DNA of 64,000 bases, taken from positions 62,001 through 126,000 of the forward strand of contig DF237010.1 in assembly GCA_000708835.1 (NCBI GenBank), written 5' to 3'. Source of the stretch: Klebsormidium nitens. Its lineage: Eukaryota; Plantae; Klebsormidiophyceae. Under the pieces are notes generated by a model, which saw nothing but the letters and a program-made list of their open reading frames with translations, did no database searches and had not been told where the DNA came from. The stretch's first letter is position 1, and every line of letters starts with the position of its first letter. Made by a program: the position numbers and the translations under genes. Shown here in pieces: positions 1-13,500 of this stretch.

Positions 1-1
1 C

Positions 2-70
2 AGCTATGCTGCCTTGGAGGGAAGTCTGGCGAAAGTGGAGGAAGCTCTCAAGAACCTCAGCAGTGGATGA
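2..70 (+). CDS. Possible 3' end of a gene entering from the left edge (SYAALEGSLAKVEEALKNLSSG*)
   Basis: Frame 2 is open from base 2 to TGA at 68-70 and gives a helical, coiled-coil-like peptide. It is too short to assign, and no homology was recognised. Confidence 0.35.
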   Translation, partial: SYAALEGSLAKVEEALKNLSSG

Positions 71-1206
71 TGACACTCATTCTATCGAAGGCGTCCTTGC
101 TCGATCGCTTGCATGCGCACTCGCCTACAAATCTCGTTTCTTGGATGCTTATCGTGTCTCGTAGGGAGCATAAGTGTTCCGGTTTCGGTCCAGTTTGACC
201 GCAGCTTAGTCTAGCTAGGCGCCGCTGCTTGAAAAATGATCCCACGGTGAATCAAGTCAGCAAACGCGGATGCGAATATATATGATCACGAGATCTGACT
301 TATGCACCCACATGCTCATGTTCATGGCTTCGCGTGACACGTTCGGGCACCTGGCGTGCGCAGTTGGACGCTCAGTTCAGGTTAGACTCTCGGTTCAACG
401 AAGATTTGATCAGGCCGCGCGAGAACAATCGGCACGAGCCTGTTTATAATCATCGACTATACACCAATTGAACATGTCAGTGTGCGCCCGGCTGCATGGG
501 CGGTTTGAGTCCTATGCCAGTGACAATCGCGCGATTGATCTCGTAAGACGGTTCACCATGAGTATCGGCTATTGAGATAGGTACCGGCGTGCCATGCCGA
601 GTAAAGTCTTCGAAACAGCTTTCTCGCGGTGTTGATGAGCGGGCCAATGTACGACTCCAGATTGTAATTGCCATCTCCAATACAATAGCTAGCGTGAATC
701 TTGTAAACGATTCAATTCCACTTCAACTTCGTCTAGCATATCCCTAGTCCACAACTCGTTTCGAGCCCTCTGACAACATTAACTATTTTGCAGCACGGTA
801 GCTCAACTGGATAACTGGATGTTACAAAGTTACCGCAAACTCGATCGAGGTCGAGGCCATAAAGTCTTCAATTTACGGCGTCCGCGAGCGGAAACAAGCC
901 TCGGCGTCAGAGTTGTCGAGTCAAAAATGAATGATATATAGGCCAACGTTGCACGCCCACTGCTTTGCAAATCCCTAGCCCAGCCCCTGATTGAGCTTCT
1001 CTGAATCGCTCAGCAGAAAGCTGTGTACAGAGAGCATGGTCGTCGAACTACGCCCTCTCTAAAAGGCTGTCATATTGATCAACTGCAAAACGGACCCAGC
1101 CTGATCTCTCCAAGAATGTATCCAAAAGCATTTACGTCTAATCGGCAACACCACACCCCCATCATTCAACAACGTGAGCAGAGCAGCCCCAAATATCTCA
1201 CAATTA

Positions 1207-4200
1207 CTAGTGGTAGCCAATTGGTGCAGGGGACTCCTTGAGATCCTTTCCTTCCGTCTTGATGTTCTGCAGCGACGAGGCAACTGGCGCGTAAGCATTT
1301 GCTGCCCTCGAGTTCCTCGATGAAGCACAAGTAGCACATGCAGACAGGCGGCCAGGCAAACCTCAACCCCCATCAATCGCGGAACTACAATTTGGAACCC
1401 TTCAGCGGGCCCGAAGCACAGCGCACGTGAGAGAAGCAGGCCAGTCTGCCAATCTTCACTACCTAAATCCGAAACCATGCAAAATGGCGGACAAGTGCCA
1501 ATTCTACGTCCAAGTTCGACATTCTCCTTTCTCTCTGTCCGTATCCAATAGGAGAACAGAGTTACTGCAATTCTTAATCGCTTCTCATGTGCTCACCGCG
1601 GCGTAGTGGTTGACGTCCCGGTGGTGCGCCTCGTCGGCCCTGACCGCGAGGACCACGTCGCGCAGCTTGGCATCCTTGGGCAGCCGCCAGTAGTCGATTG
1701 CAATCGCGGGGGCGGCCGTGTTGGCGATCTTGCCGCTGTCAATGGCCTCCAAGTAACTGCGAACGCGAGAGGAAGCTCCTACTTATGGCCGTCGATGGGG
1801 TTTAAAGCCGTAACCAGAGCCCCGCCTTGCGGGTTAAGGAGGTTGTGGAAGAAAGACGTCAACATGGAGTCAAAACGGAAAGACGGCACGCCAATTCAAG
1901 GAAAGTGGAATAGAGGAGAGAGCACAATCAAGTGGAAACTGGGAGGCCTCAAACGGAGTCGCAGGTTACTGGCGACGATGACGGACCTCACAATGTCTCA
2001 GTGTGAAGGAGGCGGCAGGACAACAGGATGTACAAAACGGATACACACGCTCAACAAGATAAACAGCAAAACTTAGACACTAATCAAGCACGCGGTCGAG
2101 TCCTTACTGCGTGTAAGAGATGACGGCCTCCTCCTCCAGGTATCCCACGATGCGGTGGCAGACCTTGGGCCACAGGACGTACGCCACAAAGTAGGCGTTG
2201 AAGAAGACGCCCTGAACCGCGAACACGAGCGCGCGCTCCCACAGCCGCGGCTTGGTGATCTCCACGAACGTCATCAGATGCATCCGCTCGTTCTCGGCTT
2301 CTTCTAGCAGCGCCTTGATCCAGCCGCCGCTGTGCTCCATGCGCCGCAGCGACTTGCAGTGCAGCAGCATGCCCGCCACCTGGCAGGCGAGGAGGGGAGC
2401 CACGTCAGGAGACTGAAAAGTCGACAATTACACGAAAAATACTCGAGGCGGAAAGCAGGGAGTGTGAACGGTATACTGGAGAAACTCATCCTAGTGTAAC
2501 CAGGCCTGAGGTCATTGAAAACTTGTTAAAGTCGAGTCGAATGAGAAGATTTGCTTACAAAAAGCAGAATCTCGTATCTAAACGATGTCAGAAGAAGCGA
2601 CTTTAGGTTAATGGATAGTGTTTCTAAAGGAAAATCAGTATCTGGAGCATGTGCCCACAACCTGCTCAAGTGCTAAGACGGAGTCAAGCGGCTTTGCACT
2701 CACCATACCAGGGACAGCAGCCACAGTCTCGAGCATGACAGCACGGCAGCCCCACCGCTTCTGCAAAAAACGGAAGCATAGCCAAGTAAGAGTGCTGCGC
2801 AAGTGATCAACACCACCAGCTGCATGAAGCAAGACCAATCACGAAATTGTGTGGGGCATTTGGAAAATGTAAACTCTGACAAGTTTACGCACGGACTCTG
2901 AGCAGCTTCTTCGAGATTTTTTCCTTTGTGTCTACAACTGATTGTGGGTACATGATTCCTCGGTGAACTCCAGGAGCTTCTAGTAGCACCTCCTGACAGA
3001 CGACAGACGATAGACGATAATAGGACATACTTGAATTGTGGAAAGACCCATGGACCAGCAGTGACAGCATAAATGCAACATAACGGGATCAATCTATTCT
3101 GCCTAATCAGAAACAGCAATTCCAATCTCACCTGGAATAGCGTATCGGCCCAGAACCTCAGGAACTTGACCGTCTTGAGCGCCACCCAGTCTGCAACACC
3201 AGAGACGGGCCAGTGCTTCTCGAGGTCCACACTGGTGTCAGCCTGGTACGAGTCTGCCGGCTGCATCAGATAAACCAAAACGGAGCCGTCAGTCAGACTG
3301 ATACCCAGACATAACGGGCTGTGAAGATCGCGTACTCCGGGGGAAAAGGATTGAAATCAGTATGATCGCAAAACCCAACCAACCGTTTCTAAGAAACTTC
3401 AAGAAAGAACGTTCGCGTGAATGAAGAGTTCCCGTGCTATACTCTTCATCACATCAACTTACGAATCGAAACACAGGCAATGTTCATCTCAATCCCTACA
3501 ACACATGATGGTCATCCAGATCCTGGCGTCACCGTCAGATGTCATCATGGTCAATGTATCAAGTGCATAGATTAGACAAGAACCTAACTCTTAAGGCAAG
3601 CACCACTAGGCAGAAACCTTTGAAGTGGCAAATTCACAGAGGCCCAGAACAGCGCCACTCACCGTGAAAGAGTGCCACACCCAGGGGGTGCCATCGACCT
3701 TGTACAGCTGCTTCCTGCGAATCCCCCAGTAGTCATACTTGCCCTCGGCCAGCTCCTTATCCACCTGCGCCTCTGACTTGTTCATTGGCTGGCCCTCATG
3801 CTTGTATGCTGCTCCAGTGGGGGGGCTGACCACCGCAGACCCTTGCTGCAAGGGAGGCTTGGCAGAAGTGGCATACACCCTTGTGCCTGGAGGGGAGGAG
3901 AGAGCAGGCTGGTCATTGGAAGCAGTTGCTTTTCTGGTCCCTTGATTTTAAAAAGCCAATCTGAAGTTGAATGAAACTTGCCATGAGAACCCCTGCCTAT
4001 TGATGGTTGACAACCTTAAAAGATCTCATGTCGGCACCAGACGCATCAAGTGAACTGGAAGCACGTCAGTAGTACGAAAGGTTCAACCAATCAATCCGTG
4101 CAGGATTGATCATTGCATCAGGACCATCAGGCTGATTATATCCAAGAAGTGCACACCAGACATCAAACACCTGATGGGCAACTCCTATACCACTCACCAA

Positions 4201-4507
4201 GAGACATGTTGTCAAATGAATCAAAGGCTTGGAACTTGGTACTGGGAAGACTGCAGTCCCTGGTGATGGCCCCCTGCTGCAGGCTCCAAGACCCCACGTT
4301 GGCACTGCTTCCCGTGGCGCTCTTTGAATCCGTGCCTGTTGTCAGGTTCAGAGGATGCGACGGGATGGCACTGCTGGCAGACCATGATGCAAACTGCCTG
4401 GCTGCGATGATGAAGAGGGGGGAGTTGGGAATGGCGCAGTGGCTGTTGGCGAGCAGCCCACCGCTCAGCTGCGTGACGCTCTTTGCGAGGGCAGCGTGGA
4501 CGACCAT
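1207..4507 (-). CDS. AOX: Mitochondrial alternative oxidase (ubiquinol oxidase), 7 exons
   Basis: Exons 4198-4507, 3663-3940, 3132-3260, 2704-2760, 2108-2379, 1597-1756, 1207-1266, phases consistent. Di-iron motifs [30 protein letters not shown] and [12 protein letters not shown] are present, with the typical C-terminus PAPIGYH*. The exon1/exon2 junction (AAG acceptor at 3941) and the start codon are less certain. Confidence 0.95.
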
Positions 4508-5325
4508 GTTGCTCACTGTAGACAGCCCAGAAGAGCTGATGCACGAAGCGCTGTGTGCAAGAAGCTTCTAATCCGAGTGTTGTTGAAAGTTGCGTAGATT
4601 GGATTATGGAGATTGCAAAGAGAACGAGTGGAAGAATTTGGTTCAATCCTGCTTTGATGTTCGAAGGCATTACATAAGCGCCTGCCAATTCTATTGCAAT
4701 GGACGAACGTCGAAGCAATGATGCTATTACGTAGTGTCTACGAAAAGGTGGCGCATGAAGCCTGCAAGCCTGCAGTTTCTGTCAACACCACCCCGCGGGC
4801 CTGGTTTGCTGAAACCTTGCAGTCGTGCTGCATTTTGCTCTGGTTTGCCAGCTGAGGCTGCACAATGCCGTGCTTTGATTCTCGAGTTCACGCGACATTT
4901 TGTTCCCAATTGAGCGAATGAGTAGCAAACAGCTGGCAAGGTAACGCAACCGCAAAAGCAATCATCCCTTTATTTCCGGTACGGCGGCCGAAGCCTAAGG
5001 CCGTCGGATCTTGCAAATTGAGTATGGAATGTCTCTCAACCGTCCGATGCATCAAACTTACATATGAACATCCGATTGGTCCTCATCGCCGCTCCAGACT
5101 CAGAGTCATGGCTATTCGCATATTCCTGTACGTACATACCTAGTTGTGCTGCCGAATACCTTATCCAGAGGGCTTGAACCAACCTCTTCCTTTTGAAGCT
5201 GCGTTGCTTGAAAGAGTGAGGCGATATTGGAGAAGGGAGTCTCCTTTAATCTGACCCTCAGAAGGTATTTGTCTGCCTCTAGCAGCTAACGACAGTTTTT
5301 GGAATTGTAGAACAAGCGGGCCAGC

Positions 5326-7515
5326 ATGGCAAGCGCCAATGTCAACTTCAAGTCGCGCGATGAGCATCGCAAAGCAGTGGAGTTGGAGGAGGCAAGGAAG
5401 GCAGGCCTTGCTCCTGCAGAATTGGACGAAGATGGGAAAGAAATCAATCCCCATATTCCCCAGTACATGTCCTCTGCTCCTTGGTACCTGAATCAAAGTG
5501 GGCCTGGGTTGAAGCATCAGAAGAATTGGAAAGAGGGGGGCAGCATCAAAAAGCAGTGGTATGACAGAGGGGCGACGACATTTCAAGCGTCCAAGTTTAG
5601 GAAAGGGGCCTGCCAAAAGTAAGTTTCGTTACCAGCTCAGAAACAAGCACAGCATCATTGGTTCTTTTATAGTTTTGAGGTCGTGAACAGGTCTACAGAG
5701 GACATCTTCAACTCGTTGGTCTTGCACCTTCCTTGCAATTACCTTAAGTACTTTCGTTGTGAAAGCCAGAGATGTATCCAGTTGTATATTTCAATAGTTC
5801 GCGTTTCGTGCTTCATGATTGTCTTGTATCAACACCACTTCGTAAATGTGTCCGGAAAGGTTTAAGGTCCACTTGCTGTCTTGCCAGTCATCATTCTTGT
5901 CCATTCTTACTAGATCAGCAGGATCGGTAAGCGGCATGATTTTTTGAATTTCAGGAGTTGATTTGGAACAACACTCTCGGGCAGCGCGTCGATCACAATG
6001 CCGATTCGTCGTCGGTCGTGGATGCCCTTGTGAGCACATTGTGTTTGTGGGTCAGCAAGCACACAGATGATAGAGAAATGCTTTTGGAACCCAACCTACT
6101 CAACCCTATTACAAATGTTGACGCTAGTATGTGCTGAAACCTTGTGCAGCTGTGGTGCCATGACGCATGATTCCAAGCTGTGTCTGGAGCGGCCGCGCAA
6201 GCTGGGGGCCGTCCACACCAACAAAAATATCGCCGCGGACGAGAAGGTGGAGGAGATTGAGCTCGACTTCGAGGGGAAGCGGGACCGCTGGAATGGGTAC
6301 GATCCGAGCACGTATGCCCGGGTGATTGACACGTACCAGAAGCGGGACGAGCTGCGGCAGAAGGTGGTGCGGGAAGAGAAGCTCAAGAAGAAGTTTGCCA
6401 AGGCGGCCAATGGGGAAGGGGCCATTGAAAACGGGGAGAAGAAAGACGGGTCGGACAGTGAGAGCGAGAGCGATGAGGAGGGGCAGGATGAGGCCAAGCT
6501 GGACGAAAGCAAGCAGATGGATTTCGGCAAGGTGGAGAAGCGCGTGAGGACGACGGGGGGTGGGGCGACGGGCTCGGTCAGGAACCTGAGAATTCGAGAA
6601 GACACGGCCAAGTATCTCATCAATTTGGATATAGAATCAGCGTACTACGATCCTAAGACGCGGTCCATGAGGGAGGACCCGAACCCGGAGAAGGCGCCAG
6701 AGGAGAAGTTCTTTGCGGGGGACAATGCGTGGCGGGGCAAGGGCGAGGCAGAGCAGTTCAAGCAGCTGAACATCCATGCGTGGGAGGCACTGGAGCATGG
6801 GCAGGACATCCATATGCAGGCCACGCCGTCGCAGGCGGAGATGCTGTACAAGGAGTTCAAGGTCAAGAAGGAGAAGCTGAAAGGGGCCACTAAGGAGGCA
6901 GTCCTGGCCAAGTATGGAAACGCGGCGGCCGCGGACAAGCCCCCCGATGATCTGCTGCTGGGGCAGACAGAGGCGTTCATCGAGTACGATAGAACGGGGA
7001 AGCCGCTGAGGGGTGACAAGATCGTGGTGCCGCGGAGCCGGTATGAGGAGGACGTGCTGATAAACAACCACACTTCGGTGTGGGGATCGTGGTGGAAGGA
7101 CGGGCAGTGGGGGTACAAGTGCTGCCGGCAGACGATGCGTAACAGCTACTGCACGGGGCAGGCGGGGATAGAGGCGAGCGAGGCAACGGCAGCGCTGATG
7201 CAGAGCAACGTGGAAAGGAAGGAAGCGGAGCCAGAGGTGGTGCGCGAGCGTGAGGAGAAGAACACGGCGGCGTGGGGGGAGGACACGCCTGACGATGTGC
7301 AACTAGACCGGGAGAAGTTGAAGGACGCGCTCAGGAAAGAGCAGGATAGGGCAAGGGACGTAGAAAGGGACGAGCGAAAGAGGAAGTATAATGTCACGTA
7401 CAGTAGTGATGTGACGGCAGAGGAGATGGAGGCGTATCGCTTGGTCAAGTCAAGGACAGATGACCCAATGGCGGCCTTCTTAGGAAAAGACGGCGACGTA
7501 GAGGACGACATCTAG
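5326..7515 (+). CDS. SLU7: Pre-mRNA splicing factor SLU7, 2 exons
   Basis: Exons 5326-5618 and 6150-7515. Contains INPHIPQYMSSAPWYL, a zinc knuckle across the junction (CQNCGAMTH), NLRIREDTAKYL, and WGSWWKDGQWGYKCC. Confidence 0.96.
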
Positions 7516-8643
7516 TGCTGGGATGTTCCTTGGGTAGGAGAACAAAGTCTCGTTGTGTTGTCGTGCTTCTGACAGGATACCTCTCATGCAGTCCAGCTTC
7601 GGATGTGTACATCGCCCTGGCATTCAGTCGATAGTGTGCCAAGATATGATGTTGAAGTATCGGGACAGGGCGCATGCCGCCAATCTTGACTTGGAGAGCT
7701 TGATAGCGATCGATAAGGGCTAAACGATGGACCCTGTGAGTCACTGTAAAGCCACCAATTTCGGGCCTGCTGAAGCTCGCGGCGATCGATCCGTCTCCTT
7801 AGCATGACCTGTCTTCAATGTTCGCCAACCCTTTTTATTACCGCGGCAAGATACCAGGAGCTTTCAATGAGAATATTTTGCAGCTCGATCGATTTTGCAC
7901 ATGCTGCCCGGGTCACTCGTGCAATCGATCTTTAATGCACTCATGCAGACGATCAGGATCCTGGAGTATATCTTCGATTGCATGGCCATATATGATCCCA
8001 TATGAGCTGACACAAACTTACAGGATTGCACTTGCAACTTGGCAAGTTCGTATATGATGATACAGCATATATCATAAATTTCGTGGCCAGAGCACTAGAG
8101 CACACACACAGTCGACGATCGCAATTCTGCAAGCTCTTGCGCCAGAGGGGCATGCGGCTGGAGGGGAAGACCACGTACCGTCACTGTGTAATACAGATTA
8201 GCCACGCAGCTATAACAGTAACAATAACAATAACAATATCGATATGAACAATAGTCGTTGGCCAAGCCAACGATCAAAGCTATGCGCATGGCCCTGGCAT
8301 GCCCATGCAGGGCCGCAGGCTATTCAATTAGGCCCAACTTTAGTACGTACTCAACACATGCTCGGTCTAGGCCTAAAAACTCCCAGAACTTTTGCAATCA
8401 TCAGGTCATCAGGCGCAGATCCGTTCACTGCGCATCTTAATACACTTGCTTTTGATATGATGAACAACATACCATTCCGCTTTGGCAAAAGAATGTTGAA
8501 CCGATGACTGGGTGCAGAAAACTTACGACAATCTTTGCACCATCATGTGATTGAAGCAGCATCATGTCACGCCGTTTTAGGCTGTTTCGTTTCTTTAATC
8601 AACTCAGATTATTCCCAAGGTCGAGTACTCTCTATATCTATAT

Positions 8644-9968
8644 CTACTGGGAGTTCACTAGGTAACCCGGGACCTTGAATCGAAGGAACAGAATGGCCAT
8701 CTGATAAGAGAACCAGAAGCCAAACTGCAAACGAAGTTTCAGAAGCATTGAGAACAGCTGCCATGAATGGGCCCACAAGGGTTTGTATGCAGCTGTGCAT
8801 CACACCATGACATTAGAAAGCAGGCCACTGGGCCTCGACTAAAACTCCTTTCCAGAAAGACCCTGGCAAGGCAGCTCTACCTCAATCACCATACAAAAGA
8901 TTCACGTCAATCTAGAAGAGCTCAAAAAGCTTACCGCTCCTGCGCCCAGAAAACCAAGCCGAGTGTTCCTGCCTTTGCTCTTGTCCGCCGCTGCGTCAAG
9001 AGCTAGGAGCGACACCCCTCCTAGGACAATCATGAAGCCTGCGGAGAGCCCCTCAATGATGTACTGCGAGTTGACACGACCCTCCATGAAAACCACCGGC
9101 CGTTGAGCGCCAGTCCGCGGATCCTGAAACAAAGGGAGCGTGCCCCTGATTGGAAAAGAGCATTGTGACAAGCGAGTCAACAGTTTACTAGGAAGGTGGC
9201 AGGTTCATCCATCATCAAGTTTGCACCCTTTTGGTGACAGACATCCAAGATTTGCTGATGGGGGCCTGCTCCAGAATAACAATTTTGGGCCTAACGCTCT
9301 TCCTTGAAGAAAAGGCAGGCTGCAAGGCTCCCCCTTGCGAAGGGGCTGGGGGCACCCACCTGGATAACGCCCATCCCTGGCGGCTCCTGGATGACATCAA
9401 AGACTAGGCCACTGATGACAAAGAAGTAGCTGATGAGGACCAGCGCAAAGACGGTCATAGCACTGGGTAGGCTGACCTGCAGGGGAAGCAATGCGCAGCG
9501 TCAAAGCTGGTTCTGGTCCAACAGCTAAGATATTGGAAGCTTGCACCATACCACCACCACCGCAAAACGCTAGCGCACACCTGACAATGTAATATAGACT
9601 TGTAAGGATTGGGTGCCATACTTGATCAAACAATTTTGAGAGTATGATAGAATTTAGTTGACGAATTGGTCATGGTGGACATGTATCAAACTTATTTCCC
9701 CCCCTTGTTCTTTTTGACTGATAAGGTGTCCAAATACAAGTACTAAAACTCTGCCTCCTCCAATTGCCTGACACACAAATACGTAGGAGGAAAAGCGCAA
9801 TGCATCTGCAAATGACTTTCTGAAGCTGGAAGAGTGGTGCCAAAACAATATGTGAGCCCGATCGAAGAAGTCAGTGGTGGTGCAGCTTGCCTTTGGAACT
9901 CTTAGCCTGAGTTTCGGAGGCCGCAGGAACAGAAAGAGCGGTTGGAGCAGGTAGTAGAACGGATCCAT
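8644..9968 (-). CDS. OSTC: Oligosaccharyltransferase complex subunit OSTC/DC2, 4 exons
   Basis: Exons 9891-9968, 9360-9476, 8935-9123, 8644-8724. Contains FLRPPKLRL, FDVIQEPPGMG, RPVVFMEGRVNSQYIIEGL and C-terminal LRFKVPGYL. Intron 1 has a GC donor. Confidence 0.93.
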
Positions 9969-10542
9969 CTCTACAGCAAGCCTACGGAGGAGGAATATGC
10001 AAATACGGTCGAAGCTTCTGCCAGCAACAGTCAATGCAGCTCAACAATTCTTCTGTGCCAACTCATTTAGATTATAGCCAATTCATTTGCAGGTTGCAAG
10101 CTTGCCGGATGTGCGTCTGCTCTGCTTTGCCCTGAAGCTGTTTGCCTGCGCGCCCTCTCCCTCTGCTCTTGCCTCTGCAACGTTCTTCAGAACCTGCAAA
10201 GTTGCCAATTGCCAGCAGCTTGGATTGGCAGCAGCACATTCGCTGTTATAAGCAAAGTAAGGCGTCCTATAAGTGGAGATTACTTTTTATATTATATCAG
10301 GGTGACAGTCACACGTCCAACCGGGTATACTTGTATTCCACGGTAAATTCCTCCCTGATTCCAAAAATGCTCTGCCAACATCACTTTCAAAAGGCCCATA
10401 TTGCCCATTCCTGGCGCAGAAGGCAATTGCCCCAGGGCCAAAGCCACATGTTCTGTCCAGATAGCTACTAGCAGACGGTGGCGGCCAAGGGACAAGTAGG
10501 TACTTGCTTGTGAATTGTGTGTCTTCAACTCTAAGCATCACC

Positions 10543-13500
10543 ATGACTTCTGGCCCCGCCCGCACTTCTGGAGCTGCGTATGACAGCTTGTCAAAGAGTG
10601 CAGCCAACTATGTCCCCCTTACGCCCCTGAGCTTTCTGCGAAGAACAGCAGCGGTCTTTCCGGAGCGCCTGTCTGTGATCCATGGGCCTCGCAGGTGGCC
10701 CCTCCTTCTCAACAGTCTCTGGCTCAATTCTCCTCAGGAAAGGACGATGTAATCTGCTTGTGAATCCTCCATGGTGCAATGTGGTCCAGCCAGCATTTGG
10801 TGCAAAGGAAATCGATTCGAGTTTTTGACAAGGTGCTCACAGCATCATCGAGGTGGTGGAATGACCGCTGATTATGTATGGAGAATAAGACCGAAGATCT
10901 GGTTACATATGGAGAATGAGACCGAAGATCTTCGGGGACGAAGACCGTTTCAAAATCTGGATAAAATCAGACTCTCTTGTAATGCAGTTCTTCCTGCCTG
11001 TTTCCAGCCGTGCAATATTGCCATCGAGTAAACCACCAAACTGGAGAACTGACTCTGACCACGCTCTGACAATCAACCAAGCTTGGACCGTCTGTTACAA
11101 TCCTTTTCAAACACCAGACTCCATCGGAGCCACTGCTTCTAAGCCCCACTCTGCCCCCCTGCAGGTTCACCTGGGGCGAGACCTACCGCCGGTGCTGCCA
11201 GCTGGCGTCCGCATTGCAGAAGCACGGCGTCGGGCAGGGGGACACAGTCGCAGTGGTCGCCCCCAACGTGCCTGCGCTGTACGAGGCGCACTTTGGCGTT
11301 GCGATGCTGGGGGCTGTGCTGAATGCCGTCAACATCCGTATGGATGCGCGCATGATTGCGCACTTTCTGACGCACGGCCAGGCAAAGGTCGTCATGGTGG
11401 ACAGGTGAGTGGGCTTTTTAGGGGGCTTCCTGGGAGAGGAAAAAGAACCACGTGCTTTTGTCGGGGGCTTGAGCGAGACGTGCCTGCTCTGTCAATTACC
11501 TGGAAGGCGAGGCTTTTGCATTGACTCTGGTCTTCTTGCTTGTGTACCAAATGTTTTCTTGTAGGTCACTGATTGATGTACTGTGTACAATCACCCAGTC
11601 AAAGAGAAGCCCTTTGAAAACCGCACAGCGAGCCTCCTGTCACTTCTGGCGTTCTGCTTCCCTAAAATCACAGCCATGTGATTACAGGGAATTTCTGGGC
11701 GTCACTGAGTCTGCCCTGGCACACGCCAGCGAGGCCGACCGCAGCTTCCGCCCATTCGTAGTCGTCATCGACGACGCCACCGCTGACATCACGTGGCCCC
11801 CCAACGAGCCATCTTATTGCATCCGGCGATACACAGAGTATGAGGAGCTGCTGGGCCGGGGGGATCCTAACTTTCGGTGGGAGTGGCCGACAGACGAGTG
11901 GGCTGCTATCAGCCTGAACTACACCTCAGGGACAACGAGTAATCCGAAGGGCGTGGTGTATCACCACCGGGGGGCGCACCTGAACGCCATCAGCAACGCG
12001 CTCGTGTGGAGCATGCCCCAGCACCCCATCTACCTCTGGTAAGGGAGCGAAGTGGTTGAGTTGAGAAAGTGGTGCTTGTGTCAAAAAGTGCATGTCCGTT
12101 GAGTGTCTCCTGCTCGCAGTTTTGTTGGTCAGCTTTGTCCACATATCGGTGGAGAGAATCTCTGATGCCACTCTCGGATCTACTCTGGGTCATACGTCCA
12201 ATTGGGCAATTCGACATGTTTCAAGTTATGCTTTCAAGGCGAAAAGCACGATGACTCTGTCTTAATTCCTGAAAAGCGAATGACGAGCCTCTGTCAAGTG
12301 AGACGGCTTTATCATGAGCTAGCTGGCCAGTCTGTCAACCTTGGTTAATCTCCGCAGATTGCCCTTGGCAGGACGCTGCCCCTCTTCCACTGCAACGGCT
12401 GGTGCTTCCCCTGGACAGTTGCGCTGCTGGCGGGAACCAACGTCTGCTTACGTAAGGTCAGGGCATTTTCCTCCGTGATTAACATTGATTCCATTCAGTT
12501 CATCGATCCCACCACTGGTCCGACCGCATGCGTCTTGAACATCTACAGAGCGAAAGCTTGAAAAGGGACGGGCAACACGATCACTGATGAGCTGCTCTTA
12601 TCGCCGCAGCCCCACAAATATTTGTGCGCTTGTCGGGTTTGAAAGGCCACCGCAAGCCTTGCGCTCGTCGGAAGCTCAGCAGTCGTCTTCAGGATCGAAT
12701 GCAAGCAATTGATTGCTGAAACACGAACTCATGACACAGGCTTCAAACCGGTTTTCGAGTCGCATCCCCGTTCTGGCGCAACGTAGGCTCGGAGAATCAC
12801 TTCCGCAAACTCACACTCTGGAAGTCCTCTAACTCTTTAAGGAAACCCCTTCAAAACCGAGAGCCCGCTAATCTGGATTCGCAACGTTTAACTTCTCCAA
12901 CCTCAGACGCCTTTTCCGCTTTGCCAGGTCACTGCTGCAAACGTGTACTCTGCCATCGCCCAGCACGGCGTGACCCACTTAAGCGGCGCCCCCACCGTAC
13001 TGGGGATGTTAGTCAACGCGCCCCCCCAGGAGAAGCGGCCCCTGCCGCATCCGGTGGCCATCATTACGGCAGGCGCGGCGCCCCCGCCAACCATCTTGAC
13101 CCGGATCGAAGATGCGGGCTTCAAGGTAGGCGGGCAGAGTGTTGCAGTCCGTTACAAAGGAACTATTGCTAAGTTGGCTTGCAGGGGGTTTGGAAAATCC
13201 AAGAATGTAACGGAGCTGGTCCTGACCTCCTATGCCGAACGCGGAAAGCTCACAGCTTCATCGAATACCGTAAATAAAGTCGCTGATAAGATACCTCTGC
13301 TTTTGTCCTCCGTCAAGAGCTACAAAAGACCCAGTTGACTCGGCCTCCCCTCACCGACTGTGACCTGAGCAGTTGTCCTTCGGTCCTCAAAATACGAAGC
13401 GTGGGGACCCAACAGACTTACGCCTCGGCCTACTTCTGCAGGTGACCCACGTGTACGGCCTGACCGAGAGCTACGGCCCTGCGGTGGTGTGCGCGTGGAA

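Noticed and set aside
477-680. ORF ending ...GLKPPMQPGAH* as the last AOX exon
   Set aside because: The exon at 1207-1266 gives the canonical PAPIGYH* ending with a good acceptor and correct phase.
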